In this document: positions 46,506 through 54,879 of the stretch, piece after piece
Layout of the letters: the number at the start of each line of letters is the position of its first letter
Numbering within the stretch: position 1 is the stretch's first letter
From: a virus
Virus record (IMG/VR): IMGVR_UViG_3300020472_001862
Location: 96,001 to 160,000 of that record
DNA: 64,000 bases
Direction: 5' to 3' (one strand)
The notes under the pieces: model-generated
Database searches by the model: none
The model's input: only the letters and a program-made list of their open reading frames with translations
What the model was told of the DNA's origin: nothing
Translations under genes and position numbers: made by a program

Positions 46506-47818
46506 AAATACCTAAGTCCGCTAAGAAAGACTTAGACAAACAATCCAAAGCAAGAGATAAAGATTGGTGGAAACACCAAGACAAATCTATGTCTGAGGCA
46601 AGCACAAATAAATTTAGTCTACAAGGACAAGAAGATGGCCCTTTAAGTTCTATGCCAAAAGGAACTAAGCCAATAGGTAGTAGAACTAAAAAGAACAAAG
46701 TATATGAAGATGCTCGATATGATCCTACTCCAGGTGGTATGGAATGGGGCACACCTCAAGGCACAGATTATTTCAAATCATTAACACCAGGTGAAGGCAA
46801 AGAAAGAGAAAAGCCTTTAAAGCCATTAAACATTAAAGCAAGAAAACCTGAAGACGAGAAGGGTGTTAAGGTTACAGAAGGACTACGCCAACAATTTGAA
46901 CCTGAATACTCAGAAGCTAAAAGACGATTAGGCAATAAAATTAGAGGCAAATTAGGACTTAAAAAGAAACCTACATTAGATTGGAAAAAGGATGCAGGTA
47001 TTAAAGAAGATTTAGACCTATCCCACATAGAAGATAAACAGGCAGATCATAGTAAGCATCAGTACCCTATTAACAATGAAGTAGAAACACATGATAAAGG
47101 TGATAAAGGACATTGGTTAACAGGTAAAGATGGTGATTGGTATATAGAACAAGATGACATTAAAGAGTTAGATAAAGAGGCAGAAAACTATACATTTGAT
47201 AAAGCTGTAGATGATGGATTGTATGACGATGATGAATTGGAATGGGAAGATTTCGACAATACTCCTGGATTTGATAATGAGATAAATGTAACCGAGGCAT
47301 TATCAGTACAGGGTCGTTTAAAAAGACGATTTAATGCACGAAGAAACAAACAAAAATTAAAAGTAGCTAGGCGTATAGCATTACGAAGAGGCTCCACACC
47401 AGATAGATTGAAGAAGAGAGCAACCAGGGGTGCAAGGCTCATGGTTTATAAACGACTACTCAGGGGCAGAGACAGAGCTGGACTACCACCAGCAGAGAAG
47501 GCTCGTTTAGAGAGAATGATTACTAGATTCCAACCACTAGTAAGTCGTATATCTGTTAAACTATTACCTCAGATGAGAAGAAATGAAATTAAACGACTAA
47601 CAGGGAGGGCTAAGTTAAGAGCTAAAACTAGTAAGAAGTTTAAAGCAGCAAAACCAGTGAAGAGTGCATCACAAAAGAGAGCTAAGAAGTTTAAAATAAA
47701 GGTTAACAAATATAAGGCACCTAAGAAGAAAGCAGCTAAACCTAGATATGCTTCTGGTGGCCCTACACTTAAAAAAGCAAGTAAAGCATATAAAGCCTTC
47801 TCATATTCCATAGGCTAA
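46478..47818 (+). CDS. polyprotein part B (-1 frame, open from 46478; first ATG 46589), Arg/Lys-rich C-terminus
   Basis: Frame is stop-free across the A9 run; no SD before 46589. Confidence 0.65.
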   Translation, partial: KTGIAKKKVEIPKSAKKDLDKQSKARDKDWWKHQDKSMSEASTNKFSLQGQEDGPLSSMPKGTKPIGSRTKKNKVYEDARYDPTPGGMEWGTPQGTDYFKSLTPGEGKEREKPLKPLNIKARKPEDEKGVKVTEGLRQQFEPEYSEAKRRLGNKIRGKLGLKKKPTLDWKKDAGIKEDLDLSHIEDKQADHSKHQYPINNEVETHDKGDKGHWLTGKDGDWYIEQDDIKELDKEAENYTFDKAVDDGLYDDDELEWEDFDNTPGFDNEINVTEALSVQGRLKRRFNARRNKQKLKVARRIALRRGSTPDRLKKRATRGARLMVYKRLLRGRDRAGLPPAEKARLERMITRFQPLVSRISVKLLPQMRRNEIKRLTGRAKLRAKTSKKFKAAKPVKSASQKRAKKFKIKVNKYKAPKKKAAKPRYASGGPTLKKASKAYKAFSYSIG

Positions 47819-47825
47819 GCCAACA

Positions 47826-47833
47826 TATAAATA
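47826..47833 (+). promoter_or_regulatory. T4-type late promoter
   Basis: TATAAATA five nt before ATG 47839. Confidence 0.78.
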
Positions 47834-47838
47834 CTAAT

Positions 47839-49407
47839 ATGAACCACGGTATTATAATGGGTGGTGTGGTTGACTATTATTATGATTCAATCAAACGAGC
47901 ACCCGGCGCACATAAAATTGCTACACATCTAAGACGAGAAGGATGGGACGTCGAGGTATTAGATTTTGTTCAATCCTGGACAATAGAAGAACTGCAAGAA
48001 TTCACAAGACAAAGAGTACATTCAGGGACAAAGTTCCTCGGCCTTAGCGCTACATTTTCTATTAGATTTAAAACATTATATGAATTCGCCAGATGGTTTA
48101 AGAAAGAATACCCAGACATTCTAATCATAGGAGGATCTCAGGCATTCCATAATTGTGAGGGACTGCCCTTAGACTATATGGTACATGGCTATGGTGAGTT
48201 GGCTATGAGTGCTATTCTTAGCGGAGATGTTAGGTATCAGACACATAAATGGCTTAATGGACACAAATTTAGGCGCGTAGACGCCACACATGACTATATG
48301 GCAGCGCGTATGAAAGACCTAAGTACACATTACGAGGAAAGGGACTATATAGAGCCACAGGAGGTCCTTACAGTAGAGTTTGGGCGTGGTTGTATATTTA
48401 ACTGCCACTTTTGTACCCTCACTTATAGGAACATTAAGGACGATCACAGCAGGGCTGAGGACAACTTATATCAGGAAATGCTAGAGAACTATAACAAATG
48501 GGGCACAACAAACTACTCTATATCTGATGAAACAGTTAATGATTACACAGAAAAGATAGAAAGATTTGCCGGTGCTATCAGAAAATTGCCTTTTAAACCT
48601 AATTGTGCAGGTTATATTCGTGGAGACTTATTAGTACATAAACAAAAAGATTGGCAAGCAATCGAGGATATAGGCTTAAATACACAATTCTATGGTATAG
48701 AATCTTTCCATACACCTTCAGCAAAATCTGTAGGTAAAGGTATGCAGTCAGGTAAACTACAAGATGGTTTATTAGAATATAAAGACCATATGAGGAGTAA
48801 AGGACACTTCCAGGCACATTTAAGTCTAATAGCAGGACTACCACATGAAACATTAGACACATTAAGAACAACTAAAAAATGGATAGTGGATAATTGGGTA
48901 GGACAATCAGCACAAATTATGCCTTTGTGGATTCCAGATCAAACTAGAATATATGAAGAACAAAGTAGATTTGCAATGGACCCAGGCAGATACGGCTATA
49001 CAAAAACAACAATGGAAGAGTCTAGTAATGGATTCTGGGAAGACGCACCTCATAAAAGATTTGGAAATTTGTATAGGGGTATAAAAAAGAGAGAAGAAGA
49101 GGAAACAGGTGTAGTATATAACACAGAAGAGAGTACATTCCAGGAAGAAATGTCTTTTATGAACTGGAAAAATGATAATACTAATCTATATCAAGTGTTA
49201 AATTACTTAGAACATGAGTGGTATGTTGGTGATGAACAGTTATGGAAAGAACCGCCTTTACCCTTCTCATATCATAATTGGCTAATAGACCCTAATTATA
49301 AATGGGAAGATATGTCTAAACCTAAGTCAGAATTAGCTGTTCCTCAGGAATTAGCTAGAAACTTTATAGAAAATTATAAAAGGAAAAAGTTAGGATTAAC
49401 TTCCTGA
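47839..49407 (+). CDS. B12-binding radical SAM enzyme, copy 2
   Basis: KRAPGAHKIATHLRREGWDVEVLDF, IIGGS, DYMVHGYGE, GRGCIFNCHFC, DET, GIES, IAGLPHET. Confidence 0.88.
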   Translation: MNHGIIMGGVVDYYYDSIKRAPGAHKIATHLRREGWDVEVLDFVQSWTIEELQEFTRQRVHSGTKFLGLSATFSIRFKTLYEFARWFKKEYPDILIIGGSQAFHNCEGLPLDYMVHGYGELAMSAILSGDVRYQTHKWLNGHKFRRVDATHDYMAARMKDLSTHYEERDYIEPQEVLTVEFGRGCIFNCHFCTLTYRNIKDDHSRAEDNLYQEMLENYNKWGTTNYSISDETVNDYTEKIERFAGAIRKLPFKPNCAGYIRGDLLVHKQKDWQAIEDIGLNTQFYGIESFHTPSAKSVGKGMQSGKLQDGLLEYKDHMRSKGHFQAHLSLIAGLPHETLDTLRTTKKWIVDNWVGQSAQIMPLWIPDQTRIYEEQSRFAMDPGRYGYTKTTMEESSNGFWEDAPHKRFGNLYRGIKKREEEETGVVYNTEESTFQEEMSFMNWKNDNTNLYQVLNYLEHEWYVGDEQLWKEPPLPFSYHNWLIDPNYKWEDMSKPKSELAVPQELARNFIENYKRKKLGLTS

Positions 49408-49411
49408 TTTG

Positions 49412-49419
49412 TATAAATA
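49412..49419 (+). promoter_or_regulatory. T4-type late promoter
   Basis: Intergenic TATAAATA. Confidence 0.75.
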
Positions 49420-49445
49420 CCGGTATAAACTTAAAGAAGTGTAAT

Positions 49446-51212
49446 ATGGCATACGATAAGAAAAGACTAGACACTCTAATTAGGCAAGGCATGATGCCCG
49501 CCAAATCATTACCTATTTTACATAGGGCTTTAGATAAACTAAAGAAGGGAGTTAACTTAACACCATATGAAAGAGAAGGGATTTCTAAGTTAATGGATAA
49601 AGTAATGGGTTTCCAATTTGGAGATGATATTACTTATAACAGAGCTAGATTACACACTCAAAGAACAAGATATCAAACCGAGGAGATAGGACCAGTGGAT
49701 AAAGGAAAAGAAGGCGATGTTATCGTCTATGATGGCTCTAAAGATGAAGCCGAATCAAAGAAGGATAAAAAAGTCAAGAAGAATGCACAGTCTAAACTTC
49801 TCAAAACTAATAAAGGAGATGGTATGAAACCTGAAGAAGAAATAAAAGAGGCTTCAGCTAGTAGACCCGCAGATAAAGATATTGGGGATAAAGAATCTCC
49901 TAAACAAGGGTCTTCTGTTAAGCCAGAAATTACGGATGGACCTAAACAAGATTCTAAACCTTCAATTAAAGAAGGCTTAATATCAGATTTAGATTCAGAA
50001 GGAATGAGAGCCAGAGCGAGTAGGCTAGGAAAGAAAAAAGGTAAAGTTTCTAAAGAGAAATTAGCCAAAGAACTTCCAGCAGCTCTTAGAAAAGAAAAAC
50101 AAAAAGCAGGATTGTCAGAAGACATGGTTAAGTTCAATGAACTTTACAAAGAAAATCTAGAAAGAGCATTAGCTAATAACAATGTAGATAATGTTAGAGA
50201 TATTCCTCTTAAAATTAAATCTGCTCTATTCAAACATGTTGAAGAAGCAACATACTCAGACAAACAAATTAAAATGGCTAAGGGTATTGCTTTTGATAAG
50301 CGACATAAAGGTGGCGACATGACAGGCGCTTATAAGAAAATGGAAAAGATCAAGAAAGGTTTAGGAGATACTCCTCAAGCAAGTAAGGCGCTTCAACGGG
50401 CTAATGAAGAATTAGAACAGCCGTTAGAAGAAGGTTCACTTAAAGACTTTGCAATGGGACATGGCTATTTTGATAACAGCAGTGAGGGTAAAGCAAAAAG
50501 GAAAGATCCTCAATGGTTATCTAAACAAGCAGGAAGTAAGAAAACTATTTCTTATGATAAAAAGAAACCTGCAGTTAAAGAATCTAAAATGGCAACTAAA
50601 GACCATGATGGAGACGGCAAAATAGAAACAGGCTCAGCAGAGTATCTAGGTTCTAAAGACAAAGCTATTAAGAAAGCTCTTAAGAAAGTACCTGCTCTCA
50701 AGAAAGAAGAAGTAGAAGAAACAGAAGTTAAGAAAACTCCTAACCAAGCAGTTAGAGATGTTCATAGAACTGTAGCTGATGTACTTGCCGGTAAAACAAT
50801 AGAAGTTTCAGATGAACCTTTAGTCATAGATCCTAATGTAGAATCTCAAGCAGAACTAGATAGAACAGTTAATAATGTTCAAGAAGGTGCTAGAGAAGAC
50901 GCTCTGAGGGATATTAGTAGAGATAAGGACTTAGCTAAGCCTAAGAAACCAGCACCTAAACCAGGTAAGTCAAAGCATGACGGTTCAGAGAATAAAGGCC
51001 CAGACCATATAGTAGCTCAATTAAGAAAAGCTGTTAGTTTAGGCGACAAACATGATGGTGTTAAATTCCAAGATGGAAAAACACATAAAGTCAGTGCAGC
51101 ACATGCTCATAAATTTTTAAATAAATATATGGCAGGTAAGCCAGCAGACAAAGAGAAAATGCAGTCTCATGGACATGCATCTCACGATAACTTTAAAAAA
51201 CACATAGATTAA
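49446..51212 (+). CDS. Lys-rich modular head-internal (poly)protein
   Basis: IKE|A, IKE|G, VEE|A, LEE|G, VKE|S, VQE|G junctions; DHDGDGKIE loop; His-rich tail. Confidence 0.62.
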   Translation: MAYDKKRLDTLIRQGMMPAKSLPILHRALDKLKKGVNLTPYEREGISKLMDKVMGFQFGDDITYNRARLHTQRTRYQTEEIGPVDKGKEGDVIVYDGSKDEAESKKDKKVKKNAQSKLLKTNKGDGMKPEEEIKEASASRPADKDIGDKESPKQGSSVKPEITDGPKQDSKPSIKEGLISDLDSEGMRARASRLGKKKGKVSKEKLAKELPAALRKEKQKAGLSEDMVKFNELYKENLERALANNNVDNVRDIPLKIKSALFKHVEEATYSDKQIKMAKGIAFDKRHKGGDMTGAYKKMEKIKKGLGDTPQASKALQRANEELEQPLEEGSLKDFAMGHGYFDNSSEGKAKRKDPQWLSKQAGSKKTISYDKKKPAVKESKMATKDHDGDGKIETGSAEYLGSKDKAIKKALKKVPALKKEEVEETEVKKTPNQAVRDVHRTVADVLAGKTIEVSDEPLVIDPNVESQAELDRTVNNVQEGAREDALRDISRDKDLAKPKKPAPKPGKSKHDGSENKGPDHIVAQLRKAVSLGDKHDGVKFQDGKTHKVSAAHAHKFLNKYMAGKPADKEKMQSHGHASHDNFKKHID

Positions 51213-51224
51213 TAGGAGAAAAAT

Positions 51225-51809
51225 ATGTCAAATTGGGGAGCAACTGACGCGGACGAAAGTAAGCCTAAGTATCTTACAGCCGCTCAGAAAAAAGAAGTAT
51301 ATGCTAACGCCAGTGGATGGGTTGTAGAAGCAGGTTCTACTATGACAGGAAATGGCCGTACAGGCGCTGATCCAGAAGTACTAGTAGCCATGTCTTCTCT
51401 ACAAACTAACCTAGGTGCAGCAGATATTACAGAAATTGAATGGATTACAACAGCAGCAGATAAGTCAGCAGGCTTTACACTTTCAGCTAGAGTAAGATTC
51501 AATGAAGAAGTAGATGTAACAGGAACACCACAATTATCAGTAACCAACGGTAACGAAGGTACTGGTTCAGGTCGTGGCCCACATGTACTTTCATACGCTA
51601 GTGGTACTGGTTCAAACGAACTTGTATTCTCACTAGTTATAGCAGCAGCAAACGCAGCTACTAATGCAGACGATGTATTAAGCATTGGTACCAACCCACT
51701 TGCTTTAAACTCAGGCACAATTAAAGATAAAGGAACTTCACAAGTTTCTACTATCACAAGTGCAGCAGGTATTGGTACAGCAGCTGGTACATTAACAGTC
51801 GTAGCATAA
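51225..51809 (+). CDS. virion structural protein (Ig-like/decoration type)
   Basis: AGGAG RBS; Ala/Thr/Gly-rich; FNEEVDVTGTPQL, YASGTGSNELVF. Confidence 0.65.
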   Translation: MSNWGATDADESKPKYLTAAQKKEVYANASGWVVEAGSTMTGNGRTGADPEVLVAMSSLQTNLGAADITEIEWITTAADKSAGFTLSARVRFNEEVDVTGTPQLSVTNGNEGTGSGRGPHVLSYASGTGSNELVFSLVIAAANAATNADDVLSIGTNPLALNSGTIKDKGTSQVSTITSAAGIGTAAGTLTVVA

Positions 51810-51819
51810 GGAATAAGTA

Positions 51820-52266
51820 ATGGCAGATAGTAAACTTTCAGAGTTAACGGCAGCTACAACAGCTGCTGCAACAGACACAGCATATTTGGTTCAGAGTTCA
51901 GTCTCTAAACAAATAACCGTAGCAAATTTGTTCGGGAATGTATCTACTCCTGTACAGTTTACTAACTCCATTCAAATTGGAGATCATAATACAATAACAG
52001 CAGCAGGTGCTATTAGCACAGACTATAATGTTACATATATTAATGATCCATCGGGCGGTGGTACTTGTTCTATAGGAGCAGGATTAGACGGCCAAATAAT
52101 TATTATAATCATGTCTTCCAATAGTGGAGGCCACACAATCCAAGTATCAGGAGCTAATGTGGCACAAACAATAAGTTTAGATGCAGCTGGCGAAAGTGCC
52201 ACTATGTTATATGATACTGGACTTAGTAAGTGGTTCTTCATTGGAGGAAGTGCAACAGTGACTTAA
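51820..52266 (+). CDS. virion structural protein
   Basis: MADSKLSELTAAT start, SKQITVANL, beta-rich C-terminal domain. Confidence 0.6.
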   Translation: MADSKLSELTAATTAAATDTAYLVQSSVSKQITVANLFGNVSTPVQFTNSIQIGDHNTITAAGAISTDYNVTYINDPSGGGTCSIGAGLDGQIIIIIMSSNSGGHTIQVSGANVAQTISLDAAGESATMLYDTGLSKWFFIGGSATVT

Positions 52267-52269
52267 ACT

Positions 52270-52656
52270 ATGATTGAACTTAATGATGATAACTTTTTGA
52301 TCTTTGCTATAAAAAATTACCAAAATCCTTCATGTACAGGGATGGCGGAATTAGAAGATGATTTAAAGAGATTTAAATATTTAAAACGCTTGTTAAATAG
52401 ATATGAAAAGACAGGCGAGCCAAATGAAAGGCTTATTATAAATCACTTAATACTTCTATATAATGTTTTTGGTAAGGGAACGACAGAGATGTTGTTCTAT
52501 AAATTAGAAGAAAAATATTGGTCTAATTTAAAAACTTACCTGGTGTTCTTAAATAGAATGCCATTAGAAGAAGTAAGTACACAAGGATTAAAATTAAATA
52601 AAGGTGTTCATACGCCACTAAATAATGAACTTATAACTATATTAAGGAAAATTTAA
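52270..52656 (+). CDS. conserved T4-like hypothetical protein
   Basis: NF..FAIKNY.NP.C..DLKRFKY.KRL..ERLIINH..LYNVFG. Confidence 0.8.
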   Translation: MIELNDDNFLIFAIKNYQNPSCTGMAELEDDLKRFKYLKRLLNRYEKTGEPNERLIINHLILLYNVFGKGTTEMLFYKLEEKYWSNLKTYLVFLNRMPLEEVSTQGLKLNKGVHTPLNNELITILRKI

Positions 52657-53177
52657 TGAGTAGAGCGTTAGATGCAGTCGTAGGAATTAGGTTACTTAAA
52701 TTACTAAGTACACCTATTCAAAAGTCTAAAGCATTCCAATTAGGAATTATAGACGCCGACGGCAAAAAACTCAAGAACCCTTCTACTACAGCAGAAAGAA
52801 ATGCTTATACATTACTTAATAGATTTGTATTTAAAGTTCAAAAATCCTTAACAAGATCTTCTGATATGAATGCTCGTAGGCTGTTATCATTTGCAGCTGC
52901 TATGGCATTATTAAGAGAATATGAAGAAACAGATGATGAATTAGATGTGGCAGTTCTTTTAGAGTTACACATGGAAGACGAAACGGTACAGCAGCAGGCT
53001 AGACTTTTGGAATCTAATGTGTTATCATTAAAAAACTATATGGAAGAAATGAACGGAGTAGCTGGAGGAGCAGTAGCTGGTATAGGTGTTGGTCCTCAAG
53101 GAGAACCAGGAAGAGATCCTGTGTTTATGCCAATGAACAGAAGAAAAAAGAAGAAGAAGAATGCCAACAGCAAGTAA
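52656..53177 (+). CDS. conserved T4-like hypothetical protein (pre-primase)
   Basis: LLSTP....AF.LGIID.DGK.L; C-terminal LKNYMEE plus a Gly-rich basic tail. Confidence 0.75.
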   Translation: MSRALDAVVGIRLLKLLSTPIQKSKAFQLGIIDADGKKLKNPSTTAERNAYTLLNRFVFKVQKSLTRSSDMNARRLLSFAAAMALLREYEETDDELDVAVLLELHMEDETVQQQARLLESNVLSLKNYMEEMNGVAGGAVAGIGVGPQGEPGRDPVFMPMNRRKKKKKNANSK

Positions 53178-53637
53178 ATATGACAGAGAAATAGCAACAA
53201 TTAAAGCTGATGTTGCTGCCATAGGGCATTTATTCGGAAAGCTAGATGATGCTATAGAAAAAATTGGTAATGCAAGCGCTAATATTAGTGCTATCCTAGC
53301 CGTTCACGAGGAACGATTAGAAACTAACGAGAAGATTAACTTGGAAAGAAGAAGAGAATCAGAGGCAGCAGTAAAGGAGCTACATAGCAGAATATCTACT
53401 TCTACCCGAGAAAACCTGGAGCAACACAATCGCATGTCAGAAAATTTAAAAAATTCAGAAGATAAAATTTTAGCAGCTATTAATGAATTGCGTAAAGATG
53501 TGAACAGAGAACAGGAACACTTAGAGGAAAGGATATCTAAGTTGGAACAATGGAGATGGATACTTATAGGGGTATTAATTGCCATTTCAGCAGTAGTACC
53601 AAATATGGGCAAAATCGTGTCCATGCTAGCAAATTAA
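53161..53637 (+). CDS. coiled-coil protein with C-terminal TM
   Basis: LAVHEERL, ELHSRIS, LEQWRW plus hydrophobic helix. Confidence 0.75.
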   Translation: MPTASKYDREIATIKADVAAIGHLFGKLDDAIEKIGNASANISAILAVHEERLETNEKINLERRRESEAAVKELHSRISTSTRENLEQHNRMSENLKNSEDKILAAINELRKDVNREQEHLEERISKLEQWRWILIGVLIAISAVVPNMGKIVSMLAN

Positions 53638-53662
53638 TTTTACCAAACGGTACATAAACTAC

Positions 53663-53691
53663 TTGATATATACTTAACAAGGTCGTATAAT
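53663..53691 (+). promoter_or_regulatory. sigma70-type promoter of the primase gene
   Basis: TTGATA-17-TATAAT, seven nt before the ATG. Confidence 0.7.
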
Positions 53692-53698
53692 TACGACT

Positions 53699-54727
53699 AT
53701 GTTACACATTGATTTGAAATATATCATGATGGTTTCCCATCGGTTTGATAGATTCAAACGGAAGGATGATTACTTATTTAATTTCCGTTGCCCTATCTGT
53801 GGCGACAGTAGTACTAAAAAGTCTAAGGCTCGAGGATACCTATATAAAAAGAAGAACGACATGTTCTATAAATGCCACAACTGTGGTGCAGGTAAGACTT
53901 TTGGTGGATTATTAGAAGGTACTGATCCTATGCTACATAAACAATATGTGCTTGAAAGATATAAAGCAGGTGTAACTGCTCCTCGAGCCAACACAGAACC
54001 AGACTTCTCAGGTATGTTCTCACAACCTGAGTTTGGTAGGGAATCTTTAATAGACCAGCTTATGGATAGAGTTGATAAAATATATGAACAATGTGAACTA
54101 AGTGATTCTAATCATATAGCTGTGGACTATTGTAAGAAAAGAAAAATCCCTAGAGAGAAATGGGATAGACTATATCATATAGAAGACATCTCAAAGATAC
54201 ATCAGTTAGCTCCTAAATATAAAGATAGGATTACAACAAACGAGCCTCGTCTTGCTATCCCATTCTTCTCTCGAACTGGTAAATTAACAGGCCTTACATT
54301 AAGGGACTATGGTAATAATCCTTTAAGATATATTATGGTAAAAATAAATGAAGAATCTCCTACAATTTTCGGCCTAGATTGTATAAGTAATGATACACCA
54401 GTTAAAATAGTAGAAGGACCGTTGGACAGTTTATTTTTAGATAACTGTATAGCAGCAGCAGGTTCTTCATTTAACAAAATACAAGATTTAGGTTTAGATA
54501 ATCCAATAATTATTGTGGATAATGAGCCTAGAAACAAAGCGATTTGTAAGATCTTACACAACAAAATTAAAGAAGGCCACCGAGTAGTTATATGGCCGGA
54601 TTCTGTTACAGAAAAGGATATTAATGACATGGTAATAGGAAATCTAGATGTTGAAGAAATTATAAATTATAATACATTCCAAAATTTAGAGGCAGAATTA
54701 AAGTTTAGAACCTGGAGAAAATGTTGA
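53699..54727 (+). CDS. 61: DNA primase, T4 gp61
   Basis: RCPICGDS..CHNC zinc ribbon, VEGPLDSLF, DNEPRN, KDINDM. Confidence 0.96.
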   Translation: MLHIDLKYIMMVSHRFDRFKRKDDYLFNFRCPICGDSSTKKSKARGYLYKKKNDMFYKCHNCGAGKTFGGLLEGTDPMLHKQYVLERYKAGVTAPRANTEPDFSGMFSQPEFGRESLIDQLMDRVDKIYEQCELSDSNHIAVDYCKKRKIPREKWDRLYHIEDISKIHQLAPKYKDRITTNEPRLAIPFFSRTGKLTGLTLRDYGNNPLRYIMVKINEESPTIFGLDCISNDTPVKIVEGPLDSLFLDNCIAAAGSSFNKIQDLGLDNPIIIVDNEPRNKAICKILHNKIKEGHRVVIWPDSVTEKDINDMVIGNLDVEEIINYNTFQNLEAELKFRTWRKC

Positions 54728-54879
54728 TGAGTCTAGATAACCCAACTAACGAAAGAGATATGCACTTAAGAAATATTAGAGACTTGCAGGAACAACTCCA
54801 AACAGCATTTAAGAGAATAAGCGCCTTAAATTACGAAAATAATCAGTTAAAAGAACAGTTAAATAAAAAGGACAAGTAA
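54727..54879 (+). CDS. 50-aa coiled-coil micro-ORF (not in ORF track)
   Basis: TGATG/TAATG coupling; IRDLQEQLQTAFKRISAL. Confidence 0.6.
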   Translation: MSLDNPTNERDMHLRNIRDLQEQLQTAFKRISALNYENNQLKEQLNKKDK

